Below are positions 1 to 13,416 of a stretch of DNA of 53,126 nucleotides, in pieces. The translations under genes were made by a program, and so were the position numbers. Under the pieces are notes generated by a model. The model was not told the DNA's origin and searched no databases. It saw only the letters and a program-made list of their open reading frames with translations. Origin of the DNA: Phoronis australis (Eukaryota; Animalia; Phoronida); NCBI GenBank assembly GCA_002633005.1, contig NMRA01000391.1, positions 181,933 through 235,058 of the forward strand. Reading direction: 5' to 3'. Position 1 is the stretch's first letter; each line of letters begins with the position of its first letter.

Positions 1-429
1 AAACCTATTGGCAACACACAATGTAACAAAACTAGGTGTAAAATGTGTAACTTCATCAACGATAGCACTTTTTTCCAGTCTTCCCAAACCAATGAAAACT
101 TTGAAATAAAACATTATTCTGATTGCACCACCAACAATATTATTTACCTTATAACTTGTAAAAAATGTTCTATCCAATACGTAGGACAAACTCAACATAA
201 TCTACAAACTCGGTTTCGTAATCATAGATTTAACATAATACATAAAAACATTTCTGATACTATAGGTAATCATTTCAATTCCAAAAACCATAATATTCAA
301 GATCTTTCTGTACAAATAATAGAAAAACTCCAACACCCCAGTACCCCTCACAGACTTAAAAGAGAACAATATTGGATAGACAAACTGAATACAATAGAAC
401 CTCATGGATTGAACATAAAAACTTCTTAA
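1..429 (+). mobile_element. Penelope-like retroelement, 3' end of ORF (GIY-YIG endonuclease), truncated at the window start
   Basis: Frame open from base 1: KPIGNTQCNKTRCKMC...CTTNNIIYLITCKKCSIQYVGQT...LQTRFRNHR...IGNHF...H...REQYWIDKLNTIEPHGLN*. This has the NIIY..C..C...YVGQT (GIY-YIG) motif, conserved R, E and N, the upstream CxxC and the terminal PxGLN typical of Penelope endonucleases. Confidence 0.92.
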
Positions 430-530
430 AATATGTCATTGAATTTTTTACGCAAAAATGTATCATTTTCATTACACCATATCTTATATGTCAATTGTCA
501 TTTTGTGTTTGATTTTACTTTATTTCTGTT

Positions 531-570
531 TTTGTTGATAAAGGAAGTTGTTACATCCGAAAATTTCAAA
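531..570 (+). ncRNA. Minimal hammerhead ribozyme motif in the Penelope 3' region
   Basis: TTTG (stem I) - TTGATAA (core with U3:A8 in place of C3:G8) - A - GGAagttgttacaTCC (stem II) - GAA - AATT (palindromic stem III) - T - CAAA (stem I'). It lies about 100 nt after the PLE stop, where such motifs are expected. Confidence 0.6.
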
Positions 571-798
571 TTTCAGTTGATCCATTCTTGTTGTTTTATT
601 TACCGATTTATAAAACTTAACCGATTTTCAATGCATAATTGCCGTGTCAAATATTGTTTGAAGACTTGGCATTAACAGATTTTCCTCTCAAGGAGTAAAA
701 GGCGCAGAAGAATGAGTGTGTTATCTATTTTTAAATCAAAATACGTCACGTCATACCTAGTCAGTTCACTAAATGTCGCAAATGTAAAGTTATTAATT

Positions 799-1435
799 AG
801 AGATTTTTCTCAAAGCGACGCGAACGTGAATTATCATGCATTATAAAACCGAGTCATACATGCCATTGTTGGCTGTGACATAATCGTGATCATAGTGATT
901 GAGTATTTTGCACAAATACAGAGATTCGCGTCGCATAAAACGCGATACCTGAGGCCAATTTTTAATTTTTATTTGGTAAGACAACCGAAAGATTTTTGTT
1001 TTGATAGGGTTCTCAATCTGTCTTCCTTGTTTCAGTATAAAATGAACACAATTTTTTTGTCTATAAATGTTTAGTTGCAAGAAAGGCAACATTTTCTCCA
1101 AAATCCTTATTTTGCCAGGGTTCCCTGGATATCATCGAACTAGAATGGGTTTTATGGTTTTGTGTTGTTAATTTTTGCTTAATTTACATTTATCTATTTA
1201 TTTGAAACTCCAAATAAATGAAACATTCTAAGATTTGACCATTTTTCGCACATTCAGTTCTATCTAGCCAATATGTACAACGATAACTAGACACCCTAAG
1301 CTCAGCTATTCAGTTCACGTTTACTTTCACATTTGCGTAAAAATTTAGCTGGTGCAAACCCATTTTTGTGACTGCAATGTGAATTGACACCCATGTGTCA
1401 TAATTCACGTTCACTTCACTTTGCGAAGCCTCTCT
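799..1435. mobile_element. Non-autonomous DNA transposon (MITE), possibly Harbinger/ISL2EU-like
   Basis: Imperfect ~36-bp TIRs: AGAGATTTTTCTCAAAGCGACGCGAACGTGAATTAT versus the reverse complement of ATAATTCACGTTCACTTCACTTTGCGAAGCCTCTCT. No coding capacity. Confidence 0.55.
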
Positions 1436-1614
1436 ATTGAGAGACAGACATGTTTGCATTTCGGCAGCGGCTGAAAGAAAGCAAGGTAAAGTAAATGTCA
1501 GTTTGTTACTTAATGAGTTTTATATTCAATATTCTGTACAATTTAGCTTTATTCTGCTAGCCACAAGTTATGTTTAACATTTTTGGACGTAAATGTCTTG
1601 CTCATCAAAATGCT

Positions 1615-1830
1615 CACTTGGCCAGCATTCCCCCGATGTAACCCTGGGATGGGGGGAATCCCTGTCCATTTTTAGGTCAACTTCAGTGAAATGCCCATGT
1701 GGCCGGCGTATCCCCGCCGTAACCCGAGATAGGGGGAATCATTGCCCAAAATTATTTAAATGTCAATGTGGCCAGCGCTTCCTCGCAAACTTTTTAGGTC
1801 ATTATAAAACCCATGTTGGCTGACGTCCCC
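1615..1830. repeat. Degenerate tandem repeat, ~70-80-bp units
   Basis: Recurring (A)TGTGGCC(A/G)GC...CCCC...GTAACCC...GGGGGAATC and TTTTTAGGTCA blocks near 1618, 1697 and 1766. Confidence 0.55.
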
Positions 1831-4068
1831 TCCAGATTGTTAGGTTGCTATATGACCTTGGAATGTTGATCATTTGTTTTTTTTTCATATGAAAAGGACC
1901 TGTGCATAACATGAAAAATAAAAAGTTCGGTCTGTGTAACTGTATTTTTATCAATTATGTGGGTTAGAAAAAGAGAAAGTATTTGGCTAATGATTTTTGA
2001 AAATGGCTAAATGGTTTCAGATGCTTAAGCCATTTTGGTTAATACCTTTAAAAGTCTAGCGCGACCCTAGAGAACAAAAAAGTTGAGGATAAAAAAGTTG
2101 ATGAAAGGTACGATAAACTATTGCAGATCATGTCTCCATAGTAAAACTACAAAATAAAACGGCAATTTGAACTGGGAAAAACACAGTTACATAGGCGTCA
2201 AAAGGTGTCATTGGTCATGGATGCCCCTAAGAAACTGGGAAAGCCATTTTGGACAACTCGTGTTTGAATGAATACTTTGGATGAACTTTCATCTTCAATC
2301 AAACTTGAGGAGGAATAGTCTGTTCTAAAAATGTAAAAAATATGGGCTAAAAAATCCATGCAGCCGATACACCTCAAAACTATAGGTGTGTATTATGCAG
2401 AATATTTCCAACATCGAAAATTTATCTAATATTCTTCTCCGAGTCGATCAATTTGAGGGAAGTTTGCAATGTCTTCTAGGGTTCTTTTAAACCAGGCCTA
2501 GCATTATATAGCCAACCAGCTAGCTGTATAGACTACCGTCAAAATACAAATATATAAGTTAGTACACAACTTTGTGCACCTATGCTAAGCATTATGAAGC
2601 ACGGTTGATTTCAAAAATGACCATCAGGGAATATCGTAATTGTTCCAGAATTTCATACAGGGTGTGTAGTAAATTTTAGGACAGGTTAGCACTGAAAAAA
2701 GTTTGCCCCTGATTATGTAAACTGGGAGTGGGCACATATTAATCAAACAGAGACATTGACAAGTTCTTTCCAAAGATGGCTGAAGCACAATAATAGACAA
2801 AAATCCAAGGCATTGTCTGGGGATTGAATCCAGGTTCGGCACTTGTTAGATATATAGCAGTCCCGGATTTTAAAACCAGTTTTATCCACTGCCTAACGGG
2901 CCGTTATTCAGTGATTGCCTGGTTCTCTAAATCAGGGACTCCATGTATACAGATTTATGCGCAACAAATTCTCCGACTTTGCTCACGCAGTCAGTGATTC
3001 ACGGTCTAAAGCATTTCATTTAATATTTTTGCCACTCTGGCGTCTGCAACTTCAAGGTCCTAAAACATTCCGACTGATTGAGTTAGTTGATTCTTCAGTA
3101 AAAGAACAGACCACAGAGCCAGACTACTGACATAGTCAGCATCTAGATTGGGTCCCGGGTAGGCCTATGGAATCTTGGGTCCGTCGCCCATGTCGGTTCG
3201 GCCCGGGATTGAACCATCTCTACCACCTACGCTAGCCGGAATCGAACTCTACTTCATTGTATGGAAAGAAATTCAACTTACATCTTGGTGTCGGGCAGAA
3301 AGCTATTTAATACGGTGGGCACATAGCTTACACTGAATCATGTTGAGGGTTCAATCGCATTCAGCCACGTCTCGATCAATGGCAGGTGATAATAAAGACA
3401 GGGGACAAAACTTAATGCAGCTAATGACCAAAAGGAGTCTCTCGTCGATGCATATGCACTAGTCTCACGCTAGTTCACTGCGTGCCGCTAGGTGGTAGCT
3501 TGCTGCGGGCAAGGCACGTAGGGAGGCCAGTGAGCGAGTATAACTAAGATCAATTGGTGCAAAGCCATTTTCATGATTTTGGTAGTCAAATTCACTCACG
3601 GCAGAAGTAAAACAATTTTGCGGCAGAATTAGCGATCGCAGAAACTTGGCCCGTAGAACAACTGTGTGCAATTAAATGCTAACTCTGTGCCTCAACCTCA
3701 AGAGTTCTGCTGCATTGATATTTTTGTTTTTCACCGACAGTACAATTCATACTTAAACCAAGAATATCATTGTCAAAGTTGTATTTCGTGTGCCATCAAG
3801 TGTGTTATGACAGGTTAACTATGTTTTACCTCATTGTATACAACTCATCGGCACTGAACTTTACTCAGTTGTGTATCATTTTGTACTTGCCATACCGGTG
3901 TATTTACTTACATACCTAAACCTCACAGGTTGGCCAGATTTACTTCAACTTAATTTGAGAGGCCGGACGCCGGGTACTGAAGTTGAGTCAGGCCCAGCGA
4001 TAGATTAGAAACCCGGCACCTTTCAGTCACGAAAATGAACTTTTGAATTTGCTGTTTAGTTGACAGTA

Positions 4069-4216
4069 CAAGGGCGGATCCAGGATTTTGAGTTGGGGGG
4101 GCAGGGCAGAGTATTGTGCCTGTCAGACATTCGCACGGCCCCGAACTGCCAAATGGAACTCGGAAATAATAGGAGGCCATTGCCCCCTAATTGCCTCCCC
4201 TCCCATCCGCCACTGG
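4069..4216. mobile_element. Short MITE of the GGCGGATCCAG...ATCCGCCACTG type
   Basis: Ends AAGGGCGGATCCAGG and CCCATCCGCCACTG with G-run and C-run subterminals. Related ends occur at 6175-6494 and 10153-10274. Confidence 0.5.
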
Positions 4217-5122
4217 TGTAGTCTCAAACTGTTACCTCAGTAGTCATATTTATATCCCAGGGCTCAATTCGAAAGACTCGTTATGAGTTCAAGCTCTGCG
4301 ACTGATAACGGTTAGTAACTGAGCCGTAGCCTAGCCTAGCTGACCCCAGGTGTTAAGTTTTCCATGTGCTTTGTCAGTTATTTACAAACCGAAAAACTTC
4401 AACTTATTGCAGCCACGATGGTGGCCAGTGAGAACGACGTTTTTCTGCCCTGCGGTGCATAAGGATGTGCTATGACAATGTTAAGGGACAGATCGATTAA
4501 GAGCTTTGCCGATGTATCTCAGTGCACGTTTACTGAGTGGCACGGGAGAGACAGGAAAAGGAATGTGAACCAATACACCTCTCAGCAGCTTCCTGTCATA
4601 TTTATAGAACATCCTTCCGAGACTACCTAGAGTATTTTCGTATCTGTCCATCAAAGTGCATTAATCAAAGTACGGGGTCACACTGAGATCAAGAAGCAAA
4701 CGTTTCCGTATGCCACAAGATACGCCTTTTACTTTGTCTATTTATTACTGCTTCAGTTTTCCTTTCAACTTCATTACAGTGTCCAAGAAGCATACTTGTT
4801 TCTGATGTGTACCCGACTCATTCAGAAACCTAATCACTAAGGAAAACGCCGCCCTTATCGAAAATTTCAGGCAATGCCTCGAACCCGTTTTTGAGCCCGC
4901 AAAGGCACGCACGTAAGGTTTTACAACAGTGTCCAGTAATCGAAGTTTAAGTATTCGTAGATGTACTCCCCGTAAGCACACTATGATGTGCCTCTCCCAT
5001 ACAAGAATGTGGGACCGCCTGCATCAACCAGAACCAGCTTTTTAGACCTGGTAGATTATCTTATTTCTTGCTTATGAGTGTATAGTATATAGAACAGCGT
5101 CTTGTTTACAAGTATTTTCAGA

Positions 5123-5132
5123 ATGACGACGA

Positions 5133-5171
<39 letters not shown>

Positions 5172-5345
5172 AGATCACGATGAATTTGTTGTGATGGGGA
5201 GCTGTTATAGTGGTTATAGTGATTAATGATCGTGACGACGACGAGGATGATGATGACGACGACGAGGATGATGATGATGACGATGATGGTGGTGATGGGT
5301 GATAAGGATGATTATCATGTTGGTGGTGATTATGGTTATGGTGGT
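5123..5345. repeat. (GAC/GAT)n trinucleotide microsatellite
   Basis: TGACGACGACGACG... and GATGATGATGACGATG... runs. These explain the low-complexity ORF 5226-5459. Confidence 0.9.
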
Positions 5346-5939
5346 CACCATAAAATGTTCGAATTTTCCTTCCGCCTATGCAGCAGATTTAGCTTTTGCC
5401 CGTGCACGCAGCATTTTGTATCAGTTCCAACAATAATACGTGACACTATGTGCCCATGAAACTCACGTAAACTCGTCCGTCAGAGTAGATGCACTTTTGA
5501 GAAACAATTGTGGGAAAAACACATGCTCCTAATGAGACAATTGCTTAAAATTGGAGATGATGTCCGTATGTTTTTGATAAAAACAAGGAACAGTGTCTTG
5601 TGGTTTCAAATGGAGTCTGTTTGTAAGGGCTGGTGGTAGAACTGCAACGAGAAACGCCGGTTTACTGTGGTCAGATACTGCAAAAGGTAATGATCAGACA
5701 GATAACTGATGTGCTGAGTTGGCACGCAGTTCAAGCAAAATAGCATTTTTAGTCAGTATTAATGATGTCTACAAATGAGAAGAATTGATATACTCTAGTG
5801 GCGTAACATTTTCTTCTCATTTGCATTCTAGTTGAAATGAAAACAATAAGGTAACTGCTACTCAACCACACAAAATATGTTCCAAACCACGATAAAAAGA
5901 TGCCCGTTCTAGCTCACGTGACGCGAGCTATTGGCGTTT

Positions 5940-6174
5940 GATTTAGACCACTAACCGCTATAAAATCAGTATCAACTTGTTCGTTGCTCAGATGAGAAGT
6001 GATTTCTGTAAAGAGTGACAGCTCATTATTCGCTACAGACCATGTTCGGTGCATAGTGACACGCAGTGACAAGCCAACTTGTAGAGCCTAGTCTCAGAAT
6101 GTCGAACTGTCGTCAGTTTTCCGGAAGTCGTAAAATCAGCGAGAGTAAGTTCCTAACGATAAGTGGTCTAAATC
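5940..6174. mobile_element. MITE with GATTTAGACCACT TIRs
   Basis: GATTTAGACCACT (5940-5952) and AGTGGTCTAAATC (6162-6174) form a perfect 13-bp inverted repeat. A related copy lies at about 27839-28074. Confidence 0.6.
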
Positions 6175-6494
6175 CAGTGGTGGATCTAGGATACCATAAC
6201 GGGGGTCCCAACATGTTACCTCGGGCAATCTGGCAAAGCGCTGTTGTATGTGTGCAGGCGTCCCGAAAGTTGCGGGGGCTGAGAGTATGAACCTTCTGTT
6301 CGGGATCTCTATCGACTAAAAATAAAATAAAATAAAAATAAAAAAACGGGAACGCGATCCCGCCGCGACCGTGGGTCTGAGTCCCGGTCCTAGTAATTAC
6401 ATTTCCTCACGCTTCGCGCTGTTGCCGTTGCTGCTTCAATTTGCTTGCGGCAGCAAGGGGGGGGGGGGGGGACCNCCCCCTAAATCCGCCTATG
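6175..6494. mobile_element. MITE with a 5-bp target-site duplication (hAT5-like, inferred)
   Basis: Ends CAGTGGTGGATCTAGG and CCTAAATCCGCCTATG, flanked by the direct repeat AAATC at 6170-6174 and 6495-6499. Confidence 0.6.
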
Positions 6495-8735
6495 AAATCC
6501 AGAGTTTTAAGGCGGAAGGCGATATTATGGTGGAAGGCGGTATTATATGGTGAAAGACGGTATTATGGCAGCTTTAAACATTTTGACACACAAGTGCACG
6601 TAAAGCATTGAATAAGTTTGTTTTGAACAAATCATTAGAATTTCACGTTTTCAAGTGTGTTGTGACAGTTTTCGTTGTTCCTCACAATACCCCTGTAGCG
6701 AAATAATTTTGATGGTCTCTTTTTCGAATGTTATTTGGTTACGGCAAGCAAATCACCTTGGCTAGTGCTCAATTTTCTTTAAAAATGTAATACCGATAGA
6801 ATAAAAATCCACATGATTTTATCACGTTCCATGGCACCAGCTTATTTTTAGGCAATAAGTTAAAATTAGGGATGAACAACAGTGCACTGTTTAAATGTGA
6901 CGTTCTGAATAATTTCAATGTAACATTCGGAAATATTGTTTTTGTTTGTGTGGGCTTCAAAGTGTTTTGTGTTACGTACGATAGATGGCAGTACTAACTG
7001 ACTCAGTAAATACCCACTGGGCGAGGGTTCTCTACCATCCGATGGTCGACACGTGCACTGAGACTGCGAATGTTTGCGATTATAACATTTGCCAATTGAC
7101 CTCGAATTACACTTAACAAGAGCCCCTGGTTGCAGCAATGACGTCATTCTACGATATCGTAGTGTGAACGCGTTTGGGTTGCTGACAACAGATGGACGGC
7201 AAGGGCCGGGCATCTGTCTTCATAGATTAGGCAAAACACCAATGCACCGCTGCATCTCATGGAGGAAGGATTGAAAACGTGCGGCGCACTTTGCTGCTTG
7301 CTCGTGTCTGGCAGTAGTGCGAGTGCGTTGGTGTTATAATTTCCTTCAAGCTCAATTGATGTTACCTTAGAAATGTTCTTTAGACCGTGAATGTAAGTCT
7401 GTTGTTCAAACGCCGTTAAATTTTTTATTAACCTGCACTACAGTGTTGCGCATGCACTTCAGAAGCTATATGTTTCAGGAACCTAGACATTTCGGGTTTT
7501 GTGTCAAATGTGCATGATGTCGCAGAAACTGACAAAACACCTTGTGTTCTGGGGCACACTGACGGGAGACTTTAGAATGGATACGTCGGGAAACCTCTTT
7601 TGTATGCAAATCAATCATGTCTGCTCAAGTTAATGATAATACTACAAATGAATTGGAGGACTAAAGCACGGTTGATGAGTTCCACCCATGGCCTTGTACA
7701 GGTGTGTTTATGCTCCGGGTCACTGTGGTAAAACAATTAAGGTTAAAGGGCGGTACTGGTAACTCATAATGCTGCAAACGAAATCCATTATATCATTAGC
7801 GAAAATAGATTGCTCTCACATGTTGAGCTTTCTAAACAATAGCACAAGCTGATTGTTACGTCCAAGAACCTTTGATATGGATGACTATCAATATATTAAG
7901 TATTTATTGAGATGAAGTTCGGCACCGCTTTCTAACCAATTCAAGATGGACAGTCTTTCCCAGACAACGCGGTATAATTCGCCTCGCCAGTTGAACAATA
8001 GTCAATTATTAGCCGAAACGAGAAAAGCAAAATAACAGTAAGTTTTGCAAAGCAGACAACAAGTGAGTATTTTATCGTTGTCTGTGCCTTTAAATTGGTC
8101 GCAGGTGCTTGCGTGGGTATACGAGGAGCTGTTCACTTTCCGTGGGATCTGTGACCAACGAATAAGTCACTGCAGCATGCGATTTATGCCTGCACGATTA
8201 AAACAAATGTAACCTACTTCTACTTCGATTTTTGTTGTTACTTGATGAATACGTAAATTTTAATCAACGCAACCTTGATTTCCGATGTTGCAATCCGTTT
8301 AATACATAAATCCTGATTTTGCTGAACAAGACACATATAAAACTCTTAGTAAGTGAATAAATTTGATTCAGAGGTCACGTGTGCAATAATAAGACTACTA
8401 TTAAGTAAACATTTTAAACTAATTTATGTTTCCAACATTCTCTAACATACAAATTTGATCTAGCAGGTTGTTCTGCACTCAGAACATGAGAATTAGACGT
8501 TGAGTCATGTGCACCGTTTTTAATGAGAAGTACCCGATTTCAATTAACCGGTGGTTCTGGAACTCCTACGCTGAGAAAGAGCGTCTCATCAAAATGTCAG
8601 GTTCACAGTTTTAAGCATTGTATGGATTTTTAAGTGTTCAGGTTATTTTTTATGATTCGTGTCACCGGGGCAGTTTTAAGATGAAGCAGTTTGTTTTCAG
8701 GACTGGTTTTTTAACTTAACCAGCTAACTCCAGTT

Positions 8736-8794
8736 CTACACTGTCGCTGTGCAGTCCTACACTGTCGCTGTGTAGTCCTACACTGTCGCTGTGT
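8736..8794. repeat. 21-bp minisatellite, about 2.8 copies
   Basis: CTACACTGTCGCTGTG(C/T)AGTC repeated in tandem. Confidence 0.9.
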
Positions 8795-10152
8795 GAATAA
8801 AATAACTTGATCGATGCTGACATGCAATTTTGCCTTCGAGCAATAAACTGAATTGTCACTTGAGCAACCTTTAAAAAATGCAATACCCACAACATCCACT
8901 TCAGTTACCTTAAAGTGTAATTTTTTTCTAAAAATAATCTGTAATGTAATGCAACTACGAAGCCTTGGTGCGAGACACGAGTTGGGCAGATTAACAAAAC
9001 CTGCTCACGAGACGAAAGTTTATCATAACACAGAAGATATTGTCGTTGCGAGTAGACTTAGAGAATGTATTATACACAAAACGGACAGGCGTATGTTGCT
9101 CAAAAAGTAGATATATTATTTCTTTTAACAACACGAGAATATTTACAACAATACAAATACATAAATAAATAATAAATATGAACAACGTTATAATAAATTA
9201 GGCCTCTTTCGACTGGTCCACACTCATATAGGATATTGGCTAATAGATATCAACAGTTCTCACACTTGAGCGGTCGGTCTCCGTCCGCGACCGGTGCTGT
9301 GCGACTGTTGGTAATTTGTGTAGCCCATTGTTCTTAGAGGATTCTTAATAAGTTAATGTGAATAAATCACCTGTTACTCAGAGCTGGGAAACCCTGATCG
9401 TCCGACTAAAGCCACAAACACTTCTCACCCAGAACTTGGAAAGGAAACAATTAATTTAATTGAGAGCATTATTTGCCCACTCTTAAACGTTAAAGCTGGG
9501 ACATATATTGCAACAGACAGGCGATCACCGAGAAAATCTCTGTTCCTTAATTTTCTTTAAAATGTCGCTAGTGACATTTAGGTCGCTCTTTGGACACGTA
9601 AAGCAACAATTAAAACATTTCACCATTTAGGGCTCCCCAGTAAAACCCGGAAAACACACAAGTGTAATTGAGGAGGTACCAATGGGCATGACCGCACGCA
9701 AAAAATGCGCACGTGCGTGTAGGTGTCTAGCTCGATGTGGTTCTTCATGGTTTATATCGCGATTAATTGGAATGAACTGCAAGCCCTAATGGTTCACACA
9801 GGCGACATTTAAGCCGGCGATTGGACACTGGAAACGACGGGAGCCGTCGTTTTTTACGTGCTAGGCTACTATTCAGTGTAAAAGCAGAGCAAACAAACAC
9901 GCTCAACGCTGACGTCTCCCGTATCCTTCCAGGCAATAAGTTAATTTCCGTCAGACAATAACATCGTTAACGGCAAAAAGCGCGTTCCCGTTTACACAGA
10001 TGTTGACAAACCCACAACAGTTGACAACCCTTGCTCAAACCCTATGAAATATTAGCCACACAACCAAACAGAAGTAAAATTCCGTTTAATCCGAATGTGT
10101 TTTCAGAATGTACACAAAATTCATTCGGGTTTACAAAGTATCGCTACGGATG

Positions 10153-10274
10153 CAGGCGCGGATACAGAGGCAGGCCTAAGACTTCAGACTCCTTACTCAG
10201 GCACTTTTGCACAGAGAGAATGCGATGGCGTCCACTGTCAGACCCCGGTGAGCAAGATCCTGGAACCGTAACTG
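10153..10274. mobile_element. Degenerate short MITE (CAGGCGCGGATACAG...CTGGAACCGTAACTG)
   Basis: Imperfect TIRs resembling those at 4069 and 6175. Confidence 0.4.
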
Positions 10275-12380
10275 CTATGTAGAACCTGGTTAATGCAGTA
10301 AACTTTAATCAATGTCCCAACGAGGAGAAATGTAGATGTAGTCCTGCAGTTCCGATTTCTTGAGCATTTCACGTGGTCCTTACTTGAAAAGCAGAGGGAT
10401 GGACAAGCGAGCTGTTGGAATTGCCTCAGTGCGATCCTACACCATCGACTCGTGCTACCTGCAACAAAATGAAAAAAATAATTAATATTTAATTAGTTAA
10501 CAGATTAGCTGGAAATCAGACAGATTGATATAAAGCGCTTTTAGTTGTTACGAATAGTGGGAACGTGAAGGATTTGAACTCAATGAAATAATTGCGTTAC
10601 GACGTCAGCGCATATCCAAGAAAATGCGCTTTCGTAGGGTGTACTAGCGATAAACTTGCTTGCCACACGAAAATCACCTCGATATCGTGTTCCGAGTGTC
10701 CGTCGGCGGCGCTCCGATCGGGGAATGACGCCGAGGAGTGAAACTTCAGACTAATTAGTGACGTGCAAATCATTCCAACATTGGCTGCATTATATGACAA
10801 TGTTTCGACTTCAAGCAAATGAAATTAACGTATATTTAACTGAACTTCAACTGTAACTGTTACAATACTTATCATACAAAACCACTGTCTTGACATACTA
10901 GAGAAACCTGCGCCTTGAAGGAAAGTCATTTATTTTACGGCTGATACTCTTATAAGTCATTTACGACGTTTACAATCTTTTGTATTGCATGTTTCTATAA
11001 CGAGCATGCTTTTTGTTGTAATTATACGTCTGATATAAGAATGTTTTATAAATTCCAGAGTTATGCTTATTAGTAATTTTGAATGATATATATTATCAAC
11101 ATTTCGTGATTTGTCTATATGTTCCGTGCAACAAAACATTCTTAAGTATTTGTAACGGAACTTAGAAAGAAAATCCCCTTCGCCCGAGACGTTCCAGAGA
11201 CCATTTGGTTTCTCGCTTAGTTTTTCAATTATAAAGACAGCGAGAGTGTAGCTTGTGCAATTGACCGAAATAAATTATTTTTTTCTGTTCGGCCGCTAAG
11301 CATGTGTCCAATCGCATACTAAATTTTTACCAAAAAGTCACTGCGCTTAGTAGTCAATAATGGATCGGTCCGTGATACTCCGACTTGTTGTCGGCATCTA
11401 TCAATTAGGAGACACGCGCGAACCACTGAACCGGAATGGTCGCAAACCAATCGAATACGCATTATTGGCAGGAAACGTTTGTGGCCAAGACAGTGGCAGC
11501 ATGCGCTTGTCTCAAGTTACACTTGTAGTAATATTTGAAAGTTAATACTGAACCAAACGATATATTATTTAGCATAATTTTTACTACTATTTTTGTATTC
11601 TTTGACATAAGTTCACCTGAAATTCTCTATTTGTACGAATCGTGTGTCAAATCCCTCTTTTCATATTGTTTTGTCGTCAGAATTCAAGTTTCCTGCATTC
11701 TGCCAAACGGAAGGTATGGCCTAGAAATGTTTCTCCGCACTTTCCTTACAAAAAGTTACAACAAACTTCCTTTTCCAACTGATAAGACCGTTCCCAGTTC
11801 TGTGGCGACGCGACCATTTGCGACGTGCTTGGCCCGTCCCGCTGTTTCAGCAGCGCACACTTTCTACGAATGTGATTAACCCTAATGCCGCGAGCAAGGT
11901 TTTCTCGTTAGTCAACTAATTAAACAACTCACTTTATCAAATTTCGACTTAAAATAGAAAAAACGAAATATTTCAAATATTTACAACCTGTTTACGACTA
12001 CGACCGTACGGCAACAGATGGTACGACCTGGTAGAAGTGGTGTTTTCTCACCTCCGTTCGACCAAATTTAGGCATTTCCGAATATTTTTTTTTCAAATAA
12101 GAAATTTCGATTTAATAATATTACATTGCAACCTTAAGAAAACGTAAGTGAAATGAAACCTATGCTTTAGTATTTTGGCCCCCTGGAATTGAATTGGATA
12201 CGATTCTAAACCAAGCACAAAAACACAATGACAACATCAAATCACATTCTGGACTCCTTTCAGCTTCTGAATAATATTCAAGGCACACTCCTTGCGCGCC
12301 AGTCTTTCGACTGTTACTAACAAACTCTCGAATCAACACTGCCAAGTGTGTGAATAAATGATAACCATTGGTTTTGTTAC

Positions 12381-12450
12381 ACAGCTGTGGAGTCGAACCA
12401 CGCGCCAACCATCAACTCGCCAGACTGGCGCTGCTGTACTGGGTCACAGA
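12381..12450 (-). mobile_element. Possible tRNA-derived SINE head or tRNA pseudogene
   Basis: B-box GGTTCGACTCC (12399-12389) in a GTGG/CCAC T-arm-like stem, and an A-box-like TGACCCAGTA upstream. No convincing acceptor stem. Confidence 0.3.
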
Positions 12451-12814
12451 ATTAACTATCAGCACTAGCTTCTTCAACGACGGCTTCGTTCAGTGCATAA
12501 CTAACACGTTTATGCAGCCGCTAACTGACGGTACCGGTCAAGCTCTCCGAAGCCACTTAAATAATCATCAAATGTGTTGTGCAATAATTTGTCCATGACG
12601 ACTCCCCGTTGAGAATGGGAGACCATCTGAGACCACCCATCATCAAAGACAGCGAAGAGGCGCAACAACGTGATAATCACTTCTGGACGACTTGCCGTAA
12701 GTACGGAATGCTGACAGAAGTATGCTTCAGCCGCAGTAATTCCGCGGTGCAGTCGGCAGCTAATCACCCCCGATGTTGTACAATCACCCTTTTTATTAAA
12801 TACCATTGTCAGTA

Positions 12815-12816
<2 letters not shown>

Positions 12817-12872
<56 letters not shown>

Positions 12873-13045
12873 NGGTCCGTTAACCGTGTTTCCTCGTGAA
12901 TGTGAGTCCGTGTCCCGTGTATTTGGGTGCGTGGATCGTGTTTTTGAGTCCGTTCCCGTGTTTGTGAGTCAGTGGACGGTGTTTGCAGGTCCGTGAGTCG
13001 TGTTCATGCGTCCGTGCCCGTGTTTATGAGTCCGTTGACCGTGTA
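12817..13045. repeat. (GT)n microsatellite, an assembly N at 12873, then a ~20-21-bp degenerate minisatellite
   Basis: GT run 12817-12872, followed by units like GAGTCCGTGTCCCGTGTATTT, GAGTCCGTTCCCGTGTTTGT and GCGTCCGTGCCCGTGTTTAT. Confidence 0.85.
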
Positions 13046-13268
13046 GTTTAGGTACCTTGGTGTTCATTTCTTAATAATTTACGTTTTAAGAAGAAGTTGA
13101 AGATGAACTGAAATTCATTCCAGGAACGGATCTAGAATCATATAAGACCGGGGACCGACGAAACAGTCTCTGAAACCTATCTAGTTTTATTTAATCGTAC
13201 GGCCAAGGCAATTGATTTTTTTGTTTCATATGTTCCAAAGTAAAAAGACTATTCCTTACCACAATTCT

Positions 13269-13416
13269 TTAATTGGTAGAAGTTAAAACGTAGGGACTTT
13301 GTGAATTCAACCTCCGATCCATTTCTATCCAGTCTCTGACTAGCTTGTCCGTTGCATGAGTTAACTCGGGCACATCAGGGGTCTCACATCGTATTCCAGT
13401 GTACGATGACGTGCAC
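13269..13416 (-). CDS. EGF/neuregulin-like ligand, coding exon 2 (EGF Cys5-Cys6 and C-terminus)
   Basis: Acceptor TCTTTTGGTTTCAG|G. The phase-2 join to exon 1 gives Q-CTSSYTGIRCETPDVPELTHATDKLVRDWIEMDRRLNSQSPYVLTSTN*, with the YxGxRC motif. A donor G|GTAAGG follows the stop at 13260/13259. Confidence 0.88.

Noticed and set aside
12874-13045. CRISPR-like array
   Set aside because: Contiguous degenerate ~20-bp minisatellite units with no unique spacers, in a eukaryotic context.
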